A DNA stretch of 64,000 nucleotides from Vicinamibacterales bacterium (GTDB taxonomy: Bacteria > Acidobacteriota > Vicinamibacteria > Vicinamibacterales > CAVVIG01): positions 1,875,060 through 1,939,059 of the forward strand of contig CBDDJX010000003.1 in NCBI GenBank assembly GCA_965229885.1, given 5' to 3'. Positions within the stretch are counted from its first letter, which is position 1; each line of letters begins with the position of its first letter. The position numbers were made by a program, and so were the translations under genes. The notes below the pieces were generated by a model. That model made no database searches. It was not told where the DNA came from and was given only the letters and a program-made list of their open reading frames with translations. Shown here in pieces: positions 35,174-44,888 of this stretch.

Positions 35174-35634
35174 TGCCAAAAGTCCACGACGCCGGCGACC
35201 ACGGGGCGGGCCGGGCCGGACGGAGCCGCCGCGTCGCCAGTTCGCTCGCCGAGATTAATATTGTCCCGCTTGTCGACGTCATGCTGGTACTGCTCATTAT
35301 CTTCATGGTCACCGCGCCGCTCCTCCAGCGCGGCGTCGATCTCAGCCTGCCGACAGCCGCCCGCGCCAATCCGATTCAGGGCGAGCGCATCTTCATCAGC
35401 GTACCCGCCGCATTTCGCCGGGATCGCACGGTGTACCTGGCGGACGAGCCCATCCGTCTTGCGATTCTTCGCGAACGCGTCCGTCAAAAGGTAGAGAATC
35501 AGACTGATACGCAGGTCTTCCTCCGCGTCGACGGAGGCCTGCAGATTCAGGATCAGATGGACGTCATCGATCAACTGTACGCAGCAGGCGTCTCCAAGAT
35601 TGGGCTTGTGACCAAGATGCCAGGGGAGAAATAA
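35173..35634 (+). CDS. tolR: Tol-Pal system protein TolR (ExbD/TolR family)
   Basis: ATG 35173 overlaps the tolQ TGA. EINIVPLVDVMLVLLIIFMVTAP carries the conserved Asp in the TM segment. Confidence 0.85.
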   Translation: MPKVHDAGDHGAGRAGRSRRVASSLAEINIVPLVDVMLVLLIIFMVTAPLLQRGVDLSLPTAARANPIQGERIFISVPAAFRRDRTVYLADEPIRLAILRERVRQKVENQTDTQVFLRVDGGLQIQDQMDVIDQLYAAGVSKIGLVTKMPGEK

Positions 35635-36419
35635 TGGACGTCACCGACGTCCTTCGCGATCGCATGGACGAGCCGTCGGGGCTTCAGTACATGGCGGCCG
35701 TGTCGGTCGCCGCGCACGTCGTATTGTTCGGGGCCTTCATGGTCGCCCCCGGCAAGTGGCTGTTGTCGCAAACGGCGGAGGCCACCCCGAAAGTGATGAC
35801 CATCACGCTCGGGGGCGGCGGCGATGGACCGCAAAACGGCGGCTTCACCGCGATGGGTGGCCGGCCGGTTCAGGCGGAAATGCGGCCCGACGCGCCGCGG
35901 GAAGCAGTTCGTCCACCAGCGGCGGCGGCTCCAGAGATGACCATGCCCACGCAGGGAGCCAAGCCGGCAAAGGCGTCGTCGGCAGCCGTCAAGCAGGCGC
36001 CCGTTGATGCACGTGGGCGGACGCCTACTAAAGGTACTGACACGCGGGCGGGCAGTACGGTCGCCATGACGGGCGCGCGCGGCGAGGGCTTCGGGCTCTC
36101 GACGGGAGGCGGTCCCGGCGCCGGCTCGCGGCTTGACGTTGCGGATTTCTGCTGCCCCGACTATCTCGCGACAATGGTCACGCGCATCAAGGCGAACTGG
36201 AGCGAGCGTCAGAACATCGCGGGCGTGGCCATGATCAAGTTCACGATTCGGCGCGACGGCACGTTGGAGGATATCTCGCTCGAGCAATCGAGCAGCTTCC
36301 CGATCGCCGACCTTGCCGCACAGCGCGCGGTCATCCTGACGAGACAGCTGCCGCCGCTGCCCGACGCGTTCCCGAACCCGACGCTCACGGTGCATCTCAA
36401 CTTTCAGTACCAGCGGTGA
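35634..36419 (+). CDS. tolA: TolA-like protein (TonB C-terminal domain)
   Basis: 261-aa ORF with an N-terminal TM segment, a Pro/Ala/Gly-rich spacer and a TonB_C-like end (YLATMVTRIKANWSE...GVAMIKFTIRRDGTLEDISLEQSS). It sits in the expected position between tolR and tolB. Confidence 0.6.
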   Translation: MDVTDVLRDRMDEPSGLQYMAAVSVAAHVVLFGAFMVAPGKWLLSQTAEATPKVMTITLGGGGDGPQNGGFTAMGGRPVQAEMRPDAPREAVRPPAAAAPEMTMPTQGAKPAKASSAAVKQAPVDARGRTPTKGTDTRAGSTVAMTGARGEGFGLSTGGGPGAGSRLDVADFCCPDYLATMVTRIKANWSERQNIAGVAMIKFTIRRDGTLEDISLEQSSSFPIADLAAQRAVILTRQLPPLPDAFPNPTLTVHLNFQYQR

Positions 36420-36434
36420 CCCGAATGGTTCAGG

Positions 36435-37838
36435 ATGTCTGACACAAGACCATCGAGACCCCACCCGACACGCCTACTGGCGGCCGTCGCGGTGGCTGTC
36501 CTCCTGACGCTCGGCGCCCGGGCCCAGCAGCCGACACCGGCTGCTCCGCCAGCGTCCCAGCAGCCCGGCGACATCACGACGACGATCACCGGCGAAGGCG
36601 GCTCGGCCCCGCGCTTGGCTGTTCCTGAATTCATCGCGCTGACGCGCGACGCGGAGACGCAGGCGATCGCCAGTACGATTACCCAAACCTTGTTCGACGA
36701 CCTGACGTTCGAGCGCGAGTTCGCGCTGGTGCCGCGCGACATCTACTCGACGATTTCGGCCGCCACAGGCTTTTCGGACGTGCCGTTCGATCGCTGGAGG
36801 GAATTGAACGCCGACGGCCTCATCATCGGCACCGTGCAGAAGCTGCCCACCGGGATCAGGATCGAGGTCCGGCTGTTCGACATGCGCAGCCGCCAGCCGC
36901 TCCCCCCCATGGTATTTGGCAAGGAGTACAGCGGGTCGGCCGCGAACCCTCGTATGTACGCGCACACGGCGGCGGACGAGATCCATCAGTCGCAGCGCGC
37001 GCTGCGCGGCGTCGCCAGGACGAAGCTGACGTTTGATTCCGATCGCGACGGCGAGCGGATGACGGGAACGATTGAGGACCGGTCCGTGAAGGAAATCTAC
37101 ATTGCGGATTACGACGGCGAAAATCAGCGGCGCGTCACCGTCGGGAAATCGCTCAACATCACGCCGACCTGGTCGCCCGATGGGCGTTCCATCGCGTACT
37201 CGTCGTACCGCCGCGGGCAGCCGAACATCTTCATCTCAAACATCTATCAGGGCACGCTGGAGGAGTTGACGAAGGCCGCCGGAAACAATTTCACGCCGTC
37301 GTGGTCGCCGGACGGCACACGCCTCTGCTTCGCCTCCACGCGCGACGGCAACATCGAGCTCTACGTCGTCAACCGCGACGGCTCGAACATCCGCCGGCTG
37401 ACGCATCATGCGGCGAGCGACATCACGCCGACCTGGGCGCCGTCGGGCACGCAGATCGCGTTCACGTCGGACCGCACCGGCACGCCGCAGATCTACATCG
37501 TCGGCGCCGATGGCCTAGGGCTCCAGAAGCTGACATCGGAACCGTACGCCGATCGGGCGACGTGGTCTCCGGCGCCGTTCAACGAGGTCGCCTACACCGC
37601 TCGTACCGGGCCGGGTAACGACGTCAAAGTCATCAGCCTGGCGACGCGCGAGGTGCGGCAGCTCACCTTTGGCGAAGGCACGAACGAAAGCCCGTCTTGG
37701 GCGCCTAATGGCCGTCACCTCGCGTTCACGTCGACGCGATCGGGCAAGACGCAGATCTTCACGATCGCACGCGATGGAAAGAACCTAAAGCAGATCACGC
37801 GAACCGGAAACAATTACCAGCCGGATTGGTCGAGATGA
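36435..37838 (+). CDS. tolB: Tol-Pal system beta-propeller protein TolB
   Basis: 467-aa ORF with a signal peptide, the TolB N-domain and repeated WSPDG / TPSWSPDG / PTWAPSG / PSWAPNG propeller blades. Confidence 0.9.
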   Translation: MSDTRPSRPHPTRLLAAVAVAVLLTLGARAQQPTPAAPPASQQPGDITTTITGEGGSAPRLAVPEFIALTRDAETQAIASTITQTLFDDLTFEREFALVPRDIYSTISAATGFSDVPFDRWRELNADGLIIGTVQKLPTGIRIEVRLFDMRSRQPLPPMVFGKEYSGSAANPRMYAHTAADEIHQSQRALRGVARTKLTFDSDRDGERMTGTIEDRSVKEIYIADYDGENQRRVTVGKSLNITPTWSPDGRSIAYSSYRRGQPNIFISNIYQGTLEELTKAAGNNFTPSWSPDGTRLCFASTRDGNIELYVVNRDGSNIRRLTHHAASDITPTWAPSGTQIAFTSDRTGTPQIYIVGADGLGLQKLTSEPYADRATWSPAPFNEVAYTARTGPGNDVKVISLATREVRQLTFGEGTNESPSWAPNGRHLAFTSTRSGKTQIFTIARDGKNLKQITRTGNNYQPDWSR

Positions 37839-38473
37839 AACGCGCGCACCAAGAGGGAGTGTTTACGATGACGATGCGTCCGGTGGCCTCGATTCTCCCT
37901 GTGGGGTTTGTGGGGTTTGTGGGGTTTGTGGTGCTTGCCCTGGGATTCACCACCGCGTGCGGTGGCAAGACCGCGCCCGTGGCGAGACCGATGCCTCCGC
38001 CGCCACCGACCGCCTCCGCCTCGCCCGAGCGGCCGCCGGCGCCGCCGGAACCGGTCGCCGAGCCGACGGTCGTGCCGGCCGAGCCGGTGCCGAGCGACTC
38101 CATTTCGTCGGCGTCGCTCGACGATCTCAATCGCACCTCGCCGCTCAAGCCGGTGTTCTTCGACTACGACAGCGCCGAGCTCGGGGCCCCGGCGCAGGCG
38201 GCGCTGACTGAAAACATCGCGGTCCTGAAGCGATACCCCACGTGGACCGTGACCCTCGAGGGCCACTGCGACGAACGCGGCACCGCGGAGTACAATCTGG
38301 CGCTCGGCGAACGGCGCGCGGACGCCACTCGAACCTACCTGGTCTCGCTCGGCATTCCCGCCAGCAGGTTGAGGACCGTCAGCTACGGCAAGGAATTCCC
38401 GTTCGATCCAGGACACGACGAGGCGGCGTACGCGAAGAACCGGCGCGCGCACCTCGTCATCACCGCGCAGTGA
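37835..38473 (+). CDS. pal: Peptidoglycan-associated lipoprotein Pal (OmpA family)
   Basis: ATG 37835 overlaps the tolB TGA (ATGA). It has the lipobox LGFTTAC and an OmpA-like domain: [10 protein letters not shown]...[24 protein letters not shown]...NRRAHLVI. Confidence 0.9.
   Translation: MKRAHQEGVFTMTMRPVASILPVGFVGFVGFVVLALGFTTACGGKTAPVARPMPPPPPTASASPERPPAPPEPVAEPTVVPAEPVPSDSISSASLDDLNRTSPLKPVFFDYDSAELGAPAQAALTENIAVLKRYPTWTVTLEGHCDERGTAEYNLALGERRADATRTYLVSLGIPASRLRTVSYGKEFPFDPGHDEAAYAKNRRAHLVITAQ
37893..37925 (+). repeat. Tandem 9-bp repeat (gtggggttt x3) inside the pal signal-peptide coding region
   Basis: gtggggtttgtggggtttgtggggtttgtggtg encodes GFVGFVGFV in the h-region of the Pal signal peptide. 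Confidence 0.8.
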
Positions 38474-38480
38474 GAGATCT

Positions 38481-39371
38481 ATGAGCGTCGGCACAGTATC
38501 GAGCCTCGGCACACTCCGCGCCCCTGGCGCCTTGTTCATCCTGCTGACCGTGGCGCTCGTGACGCCGGCTGCCGCGCAAAGCAAGGCGCAGCGGCAGATG
38601 ATGGCCGACCTTCGGATGCTGCAGGAGCAGAACCAGACGCTCCAGAACGTGCTCGGGTCGATCGCCGAAGCGATCAAGGCGGTCAACACCCGCCTCGACG
38701 ATCAGGTCAAGGTCACCGGCAAGGCGATGGCCGACGAGAAGCTGATCATCGGCAACCTGGCCAACACCGTCCGGGAAATCCGTGAAAAGCTCGACGACAA
38801 CAACGTGCGGCTGGGATCGCTCAACCAGGAGGTCGAGGCGCTTCGTCAGGGCCTTCAGCAACTCAACGCCCGTCCCGCCGTCCCCGACACCGCCACACTG
38901 GAGGCGCCTCCGGGCGCTGGGGGCCCTGGGGCCACTGACACCGGCGTGGCGCCCGCGGTCGCCCTGCCGCCGCCCGGCGTCATATTCGGGACGTCGCCGC
39001 AGAAGCTGTATGACGAGGCGTACGCGGACTACACGCTCGCCCAATGGGATCTCGCCATCGCCGGATTCGAGGCCGTGATCAAGTACTTCCCGATATCGGC
39101 ACGGGCGGCCGACGCTCAGGTCTACATCGGGCACTCGTACCTGCAGGCAGGCAAGAACGACAGGGCGGCCGACGCCTACGATCTCGCGATTCGCAGCTAC
39201 CCGAGCGCCCCGGCGCTGCCGGAGGCGTATTACAAGAAAGGCGTGGTGCTCAAGGCCCTGAAGCGCCCCGACGAAGCGCGCGCGGCCTTCGAGTACGTCG
39301 TAAAGACGTATCCCGACAGTTCGTCGGCGACCCTGGCGAAGCAGCAGATCGTCGCACAGCCCAAGCCCTGA
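38481..39371 (+). CDS. cpoB: Tol-Pal system protein CpoB/YbgF (coiled coil plus TPR)
   Basis: 296-aa ORF with a signal peptide, an N-terminal coiled coil (MADLRMLQEQNQTLQNVL...) and C-terminal TPRs (YDEAYADYTLAQWDLAIAGFEAVIKYFP...YYKKGVVLKALKRPDEARAAFEYVVKTYPDS). Confidence 0.8.
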   Translation: MSVGTVSSLGTLRAPGALFILLTVALVTPAAAQSKAQRQMMADLRMLQEQNQTLQNVLGSIAEAIKAVNTRLDDQVKVTGKAMADEKLIIGNLANTVREIREKLDDNNVRLGSLNQEVEALRQGLQQLNARPAVPDTATLEAPPGAGGPGATDTGVAPAVALPPPGVIFGTSPQKLYDEAYADYTLAQWDLAIAGFEAVIKYFPISARAADAQVYIGHSYLQAGKNDRAADAYDLAIRSYPSAPALPEAYYKKGVVLKALKRPDEARAAFEYVVKTYPDSSSATLAKQQIVAQPKP

Positions 39372-39489
39372 CGGGAAGGTGGAGCGTAGAACTTAGACGC
39401 GAGAAGGTCGAAGGACGATGTAGAATACCGTCCTACTTTCAACTTCTGAGTTCCTCGTTCTAACTTCCGAGTTCGCCAAGGATCCGTGC

Positions 39490-39927
39490 ATGGGAAGCGT
39501 CAATAAAGTCATCCTCGTCGGCAATCTCGGGCGCGACGCCGAGTTGCGATACACACCCGGCGGCGCGGCGGTCGCGACGATCAACATGGCGACGACCGAG
39601 GTCTGGAACGACAAGGCCGGCCAGCGACAGGAAAAAACTGAGTGGCATCGGGTCGTGCTCTGGGGCAAGTCGGCCGAGTCGCTGACGGAGTATCTGACTA
39701 AGGGCAAGCAGATTTACGTCGAGGGGCGGCTGCAGACGCGCCAGTGGGACGACAAGGACGGCAACAAGCGGTACACGACCGAGATCCGGAGCGACAAAAT
39801 CGTCCTGCTCGGCGGCGGGGGCCGCGGGCCATCGGCCGATCGCGGCGGAGACAGCCCGGGCGGCCACGCAGGCGCCCCGGCGTCGGAGTCGTCAGAGCCG
39901 CTTACCGACGACGACATACCCTTCTGA
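39490..39927 (+). CDS. ssb: Single-stranded DNA-binding protein
   Basis: 145-aa ORF: [22 protein letters not shown]...[11 protein letters not shown]...[17 protein letters not shown], a Gly-rich linker and the acidic tip DDDIPF. Confidence 0.95.
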   Translation: MGSVNKVILVGNLGRDAELRYTPGGAAVATINMATTEVWNDKAGQRQEKTEWHRVVLWGKSAESLTEYLTKGKQIYVEGRLQTRQWDDKDGNKRYTTEIRSDKIVLLGGGGRGPSADRGGDSPGGHAGAPASESSEPLTDDDIPF

Positions 39928-39932
39928 TCTCT

Positions 39933-39971
39933 GAATCTGAGGATCCAATGCTGAAATGGATCCTCAGATTC
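39933..39971. terminator. Perfect 15-bp inverted repeat filling the ssb/cupin convergent gap (bidirectional terminator candidate)
   Basis: gaatctgaggatcca (39933-39947), a 9-nt loop, then tggatcctcagattc (39957-39971). It lies between the ssb stop (39925-39927) and the cupin stop (39972-39974). U-tracts are weak. Confidence 0.55.
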
Positions 39972-40334
39972 TCAGATTGTCTTGTCCTCACGCCCATACC
40001 TGTCCTCAAGTCGTACCACGTCATCAATCTCTGGCGTGGAGACCTCGAAGATATCGCTGTCTTTGATCGCCGTCATCCGGTGAATCGTCTTCGGCGTGAT
40101 GTGCACGCGCTCGCCGGGGTGCATCTCGCGCTTGACGAGCGCCTTGCCCTCCTGAATTTCGAATAACAGCAGGCCCGAGTGGAGGTAGATCGTCTCGTCC
40201 TTCAGGTTGTGATACTGGAGGCTGAGCGCATGGCCGGCGTTCACGTGGATCAGTTTACCGACGTACCGATCTGTTTTCGCCCAGTGCAGCTCGTAGCCCC
40301 ACGGTTTCTCGACGCGCGTGACATCTGCGTTCAC
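39972..40334 (-). CDS. Cupin-domain protein (mannose-6-phosphate isomerase type II C-terminal-like)
   Basis: 120-aa ORF: EKPWGYELHWAKTDRYVGKLIHVNAGHALSLQYHNLKDETIYLHSG...VHITPKTIHRM (cupin motifs 1 and 2). Confidence 0.7.
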   Translation of the reverse strand: MNADVTRVEKPWGYELHWAKTDRYVGKLIHVNAGHALSLQYHNLKDETIYLHSGLLLFEIQEGKALVKREMHPGERVHITPKTIHRMTAIKDSDIFEVSTPEIDDVVRLEDRYGREDKTI

Positions 40335-40346
40335 AACGTACTCCCG

Positions 40347-42128
40347 CTATTCATGGATTGAGGAGAGGCGGCCGAAGGCCGCCATCAACTCGCGTTCGAT
40401 GTCTTCGACGGTGGCCAGCTTCAGGATGCGGCGCGCCAGGGCCCGCAGGTCATCGGAGCGGACCTCCGAGAGGACCTGTTTCGCCGTCGGAATCGCCGCC
40501 GGCGTCATGCTGAACTCGGTCAGCCCCAGACCGACGAGCAGCGTCAGCAGCGCCGGGTCCGATGCCATCTCGCCGCAGAGCGACACCGGGATTCGCTGGC
40601 GCACAGCCGCGCGGCGCACCATCACGATCACCCGCAGAATCGCCGGGTGCAGCGGCTCGTACAGCCGCGACACGCGCTCGTCGGCACGATCGACGGCGAG
40701 GCAATACTGAATCAGATCGTTGGTGCCAATCGAGAAGAAGTCGACTTCGCGCGCCAGCAGATCGGCGGTGTATGCCGCGGCCGGAATCTCAATCACGACG
40801 CCGATCGGCACCTCTGGCACCGCCCCGCCACGCCGCACCAGTTCAGCGGCTGCCGCTTTCACCATGCGCCGGGCCTCGCGCAGCTGTTCCACGCTCGAGA
40901 CGAACGGAAACATGATCCGCAGCCGGCCCTGGCCGCCCTCGGAACAATCCCGCGCCGCGCGCAGGAGCGCCCGCAACTGGATCTGGAATGGTTCCGGCCG
41001 CATGAGGCTCAGCCGAAGGCCGCGCAACCCCTGACAGCTGGCCCGTTCTTCGTCGACGACCCAGCCACCCGCCAGCGTTTGCCGCGTCAGCTGGGATGCC
41101 AGCTGATCTTCGTCGGCGTCGAACGTCCGGACGGTGACCGTCTCCGGAGCCATGCCTTCGAGCATGCCGCGGTACGTCTCGTACTGTTCGTCCTCGCTGA
41201 TGGCGGCGCCGGACGGCCCAGTCAGCAGGAACTCCGATCGATAGAGGCCGATGCCTTCGGCGCCGGCGTAGCGGGCCGCGGCTAGATCGTTCGGAAACTC
41301 GATATTCGCCTCGAGGCGAATGCGCACGCCGTCGGCGGTCGTGGCGGGACGACGCCGCAGGGCATCGCCGCCAACCGCCCGGCGATGATCCTCGCCGCGC
41401 GCCGCGCGCGCGAGCTCGTCTGGGGTCGGATCGACCAGCACCGCGCCGGTGGTGCCGTCGATGACGACGAGCTGACCCGCCTCGACGACGTCGCTGGCGT
41501 TATGCAGCCCGACCACCGCGGGCACCTCCAGCGAGCGGGCCAGAATCGCGGCGTGGGAGGTCCGACTGCCCGCATCGGTCGCGAAGCCGCGGACCCTCGT
41601 CCAGTCCACGTGCGCCGCAAGCGACGGCGTGAGCTCGTCGGCGATGATGACCGACGACTCGTCGAGCTCACGCAGCAGCTCGCGGGGCGTGGCCACGCCC
41701 TGCCACAGGTTCATCTTGAGTCGGCCAGCGAGATCCGACACGTCGCCCGTCCGCTCGCGCAGGTATGGGTCCGCGGCCTCCTCGAACACCGAGTTGAATT
41801 CATGGAAGACCTGTTGCACGGCCCACTCGGCGTTGACACGCTGCTCGCGCACGATGTCGGCAACCCGCGAGACCAGCATCGGGTCGTCGAGCATCAGCAG
41901 CTGCGCGTCGAACAGCGACGCCAGTTCAGGGCGCCGCCGGGCGACGCGCGCGCGGATGTCGAGGAGCTGCTGCCGTGAGCGCTCGCGGCTCTTCTCGAGC
42001 CGCGCGAGCTCGGAGTCGAGGCGAGTCTCTCCGATCTGATACCGGAGCACGTGAGCGCGCTGGATCAGGAGCACCGCGCGGCCAGCCACCACGCCAGGGG
42101 AGACGCCGATGCCATTCAGGCGCCGCAC
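40347..42128 (-). CDS. ptsI: Phosphoenolpyruvate-protein phosphotransferase (PTS Enzyme I)
   Basis: 593-aa ORF: GIGVSPGVVAGRAVLL, the phospho-His region GSRTSHAAILARSLEVPAVVG, and the PEP-utilizer C-domain with FFSIGTNDLIQY and CGEMASDP. Confidence 0.93.
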   Translation of the reverse strand: MRRLNGIGVSPGVVAGRAVLLIQRAHVLRYQIGETRLDSELARLEKSRERSRQQLLDIRARVARRRPELASLFDAQLLMLDDPMLVSRVADIVREQRVNAEWAVQQVFHEFNSVFEEAADPYLRERTGDVSDLAGRLKMNLWQGVATPRELLRELDESSVIIADELTPSLAAHVDWTRVRGFATDAGSRTSHAAILARSLEVPAVVGLHNASDVVEAGQLVVIDGTTGAVLVDPTPDELARAARGEDHRRAVGGDALRRRPATTADGVRIRLEANIEFPNDLAAARYAGAEGIGLYRSEFLLTGPSGAAISEDEQYETYRGMLEGMAPETVTVRTFDADEDQLASQLTRQTLAGGWVVDEERASCQGLRGLRLSLMRPEPFQIQLRALLRAARDCSEGGQGRLRIMFPFVSSVEQLREARRMVKAAAAELVRRGGAVPEVPIGVVIEIPAAAYTADLLAREVDFFSIGTNDLIQYCLAVDRADERVSRLYEPLHPAILRVIVMVRRAAVRQRIPVSLCGEMASDPALLTLLVGLGLTEFSMTPAAIPTAKQVLSEVRSDDLRALARRILKLATVEDIERELMAAFGRLSSIHE

Positions 42129-42394
42129 AGATCCTCGCCAAAGCCTGACGCGACCAGGCCACAGAGGGCCTCAATGGCATCACGCTCGTCCGAACCGTCC
42201 GCGCTGATCGTAATCGTGGTGCCGTGTGCGGCCGCGAGCAGCAGAATGCCCATGATGCTTTTGCCGTCCATTTCCCGTGCGTCACGCGCCACGCGGACGT
42301 GCGCCTGGTACCGGGTCGCGAGGTGTACGAACTTCGCGGCCGCCCGGGCGTGCATACCTAACTGGTTCACGACGGTCACGGAGCGAGAGGTCAT
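42116..42394 (-). CDS. ptsH: Phosphocarrier protein HPr
   Basis: 92-aa ORF with His15 context NQLGMHARAAAKF and Ser46 context GKSIMGILLL, both present. Confidence 0.9.
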   Translation of the reverse strand: MTSRSVTVVNQLGMHARAAAKFVHLATRYQAHVRVARDAREMDGKSIMGILLLAAAHGTTITISADGSDERDAIEALCGLVASGFGEDLCGA

Positions 42395-42412
42395 GACGCA
42401 CCAGGGGCGCTG

Positions 42413-42826
42413 TCAGACACTGCTCTTTTCTCCTCGCAGCAAATCGGAGGCAACCCAGATCGCGTTCCTGCCATCGTCTCGCATCTGCCTCGCCACCGCC
42501 AGCAGGTCCTGCGACTGCGGAAGCTGGGCCAGTTTGATTAACATGGGGAGGTTGACGCCGGTGATGACTTCGATGCAGTCCTTCTCGAGAAAGGTCATGC
42601 CAAGATTCGATGGTGTGCCGCCAAACATATCGGTCAGCAGGAGTACGCCTTCTTTGCCGCGCACGCGCTCAATGGCCTGCTCGATCTCCCCCCTCGCCTC
42701 GTTCACATCGTCGTGCCAGCCGATCGACACCGCGGTGAACTGCGGCAGATCGCCGACGATCATCTCGGCGGCGTTGACGAGCTCGATTGCGAGCTGCCCG
42801 TGCGTGACCACAACCACGCCAATCAT
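42413..42826 (-). CDS. PTS EIIA component, mannose/fructose class
   Basis: 137-aa ORF: MIGVVVVTHGQLAIELVNAAEMIVG...LLLTDMFGGTPSN (EIIA-Man fold motifs). No EIIB/C/D genes are nearby. Confidence 0.8.
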   Translation of the reverse strand: MIGVVVVTHGQLAIELVNAAEMIVGDLPQFTAVSIGWHDDVNEARGEIEQAIERVRGKEGVLLLTDMFGGTPSNLGMTFLEKDCIEVITGVNLPMLIKLAQLPQSQDLLAVARQMRDDGRNAIWVASDLLRGEKSSV

Positions 42827-42913
42827 GGAGCCGACTGTATACCACGGCGCCAGGACTGAAGTCCTGCGCCAGGCCAGGAATGGCGCAGGTCTTCAGTCCT
42901 GCGTGTGTCGCCG

Positions 42914-43840
42914 CTACGCATGCCTGATGTCTCGATGCCGCGCCCTGACCCGCGCGTCTGGAAAGTCCGCAAACGCCCACCGCAGCCGTTCCGCGATCAT
43001 CACAGAACGATGGCGGCCGCCGGTGCACCCGATGCCGATCGTGAGGTAACTCTTCCCTTCGGCGATGTAGTGCGGAACGACGTAGCGGATGTACTCCTCG
43101 AGCCGATCTATGAACTCGCGGGTCGGTGCGTCCTTTTCCATGAATCTGGCCACCGCGCGGTCCCGACCGGTGCGTGGACGCAGCGCCGGCACGAAGTGCG
43201 GATTCGGCAGACAGCGCACGTCGAACATGAGATCGGCGTCGACGGGCACTCCGTGCTTGTAGCCGAAGCTCAGCAGCGTGATGACGAGGCCGCTCCGCGA
43301 CCGGCCGCGTGTCAGGCCCATGAAAAACTGCCGTAGTTCGTGCACGGTCATGTCGGAGGTGTCGATGATTTCGTCCGCCATCCCCCGAATGGCATTCAGC
43401 CGCGAGCGCTCGTCGCGAATGCCCTCGCTGGCCGATCGACCCTGCGCGAGCGGATGGGGCCGCCGCGTCTCGCTGAACCGCCGCACGAGCGCCGTATGGC
43501 TGGCCTCGAGAAAGATCAGCATCGGATTGAGCCGCGACATCTTCCGAAGCCTGCGGAAGATCTTCGGAAACGACGACAGGAAATTGCCTTCGCGGACGTC
43601 GATGACAATCGCGACCCTTTCGATGTCGTGGCCGCCGCGCAGCGACAACTTCGCCAGCGTGGGAATCAGCGTCGTCGGCAGGTTGTCGACGCAGAAATAT
43701 CCCAGATCTTCGAGGGCCCGGATCGCCTGCGACTTGCCGGACCCGGACAGACCCGTGAGCACGATGAAGGGCTGACCCGCCCCGGCCCGCCGCTCACCTT
43801 TCGGCACGCGCAGGGCGGCCCCTCCTGCCTTGCCCCTCAA
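42914..43840 (-). CDS. rapZ: RNase adapter / nucleotide-binding protein RapZ (YhbJ)
   Basis: FIVLTGLSGSGKSQAIRALEDLGYFCVDNLP (Walker A) and the C-terminal GCTGGRHRSV motif. The TTG start overlaps the hprK TGA. Confidence 0.9.
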   Translation of the reverse strand: MRGKAGGAALRVPKGERRAGAGQPFIVLTGLSGSGKSQAIRALEDLGYFCVDNLPTTLIPTLAKLSLRGGHDIERVAIVIDVREGNFLSSFPKIFRRLRKMSRLNPMLIFLEASHTALVRRFSETRRPHPLAQGRSASEGIRDERSRLNAIRGMADEIIDTSDMTVHELRQFFMGLTRGRSRSGLVITLLSFGYKHGVPVDADLMFDVRCLPNPHFVPALRPRTGRDRAVARFMEKDAPTREFIDRLEEYIRYVVPHYIAEGKSYLTIGIGCTGGRHRSVMIAERLRWAFADFPDARVRARHRDIRHA

Positions 43841-44841
43841 CGCGCCCCTCCGGGCTCGACTTCCTCGTCTTCTTCTTCGCCGCCGAAGGGCAGCGTCGAG
43901 TCGCGCAGGGCCTGTTCCAGGCGCTTGGCGAGCGCCCGTGCCGCGTGATGGCCGCGCGCCCGCAGTAACTGATTCCGCGCGGCCACCTCGACCAGAATCG
44001 CCACGCTTCGGCCCGGCGCGACGGGCATGCGAATCAGCGGAACCTTCAGACCGAGGATCTCGAAGAACTCGTCGTCGAGCCCCAGCCGCTCGTATTCTCG
44101 GCCCGGCTCCCAGCGTTCGAGCTGCACGACGAGCTCCACGCGTTTAGACAGCCGGGTCGACGCGATGCCGAAGAGATCCTTCACGTTGATCACACCGAGC
44201 CCGCGCAGCTCCATGTGATAGCGCGTCAACTCGGGACAGGTGCCGATCAGAATTGTCTCGGCGCGGCGGCGAATCTCGACCGTGTTGTCGGCGACGAGGC
44301 GGTGGGCACGCACGATCAAATCGAGCGAGCACTCGCTCTTGCCGATGCCGCTCTCCCCCACAATCAGGACGCCCAGGCCGAGGATATCCATCAGCGCCGC
44401 GTGCATGGTCGTCCGCTCGGCGAGCGAGTCCTCGAGAATCGACGTCAGTTTGGCGATGGCGGTCGGCGTGGGCACGGAGGTCTTGAGCAGCGGCAGCGCG
44501 GCGCGTTCGGCTTCGACGAGAAGCTCCGCGGGCGGCTGGAATCCGCCGGTGATGACGACGCACGGAACATCGACCGCCAACGCGAGCCGCAACGCCGTCG
44601 AACGCACTGGCGTCCCGAGGCTTTCGAGGAACCGGATCTCGCTCTCGGCGAGGATCAGTACGCGTCCGGCTTTGAGGTACTCGTGAAAACCGGCCAGCGC
44701 CAGACCGGTCTTCTGGATATGCGGGCTCGTGATCACGCGCGCCAGGCCGTCGACGCCGGCCAGTAGCTCCAGCGGCAGACCGAACGTCTCCGTACGGCTG
44801 CCAAGCAGCACACCAACGCTCACGCCGGGAACGGGTGCCAT
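43837..44841 (-). CDS. hprK: HPr kinase/phosphorylase
   Basis: 334-aa ORF: HAALMDILGLGVLIVGESGIGKSECSLDLI (P-loop), VADNTVEI and the signature ...LPVAPGRSVAILVEVAA. Confidence 0.9.
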   Translation of the reverse strand: MAPVPGVSVGVLLGSRTETFGLPLELLAGVDGLARVITSPHIQKTGLALAGFHEYLKAGRVLILAESEIRFLESLGTPVRSTALRLALAVDVPCVVITGGFQPPAELLVEAERAALPLLKTSVPTPTAIAKLTSILEDSLAERTTMHAALMDILGLGVLIVGESGIGKSECSLDLIVRAHRLVADNTVEIRRRAETILIGTCPELTRYHMELRGLGVINVKDLFGIASTRLSKRVELVVQLERWEPGREYERLGLDDEFFEILGLKVPLIRMPVAPGRSVAILVEVAARNQLLRARGHHAARALAKRLEQALRDSTLPFGGEEEDEEVEPGGAR

Positions 44842-44888
44842 CTGGATGATTCTAGAGGTCCTGCCAGAGCGCTATGGATTGTGTCGCA

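Noticed and set aside
39372-39489. GTTC-containing direct repeats (aacttctgagttc / aacttccgagttc) upstream of ssb, as a possible LexA/SOS box
   Set aside because: The spacings (GTTC-N3-GTTC and GTTC-N10-GTTC) do not match the GTTC-N7-GTTC direct-repeat box or the CTGT-N8-ACAG palindrome. No similar element is visible upstream of recN (34299-34411). I kept it only as an unexplained repeat.
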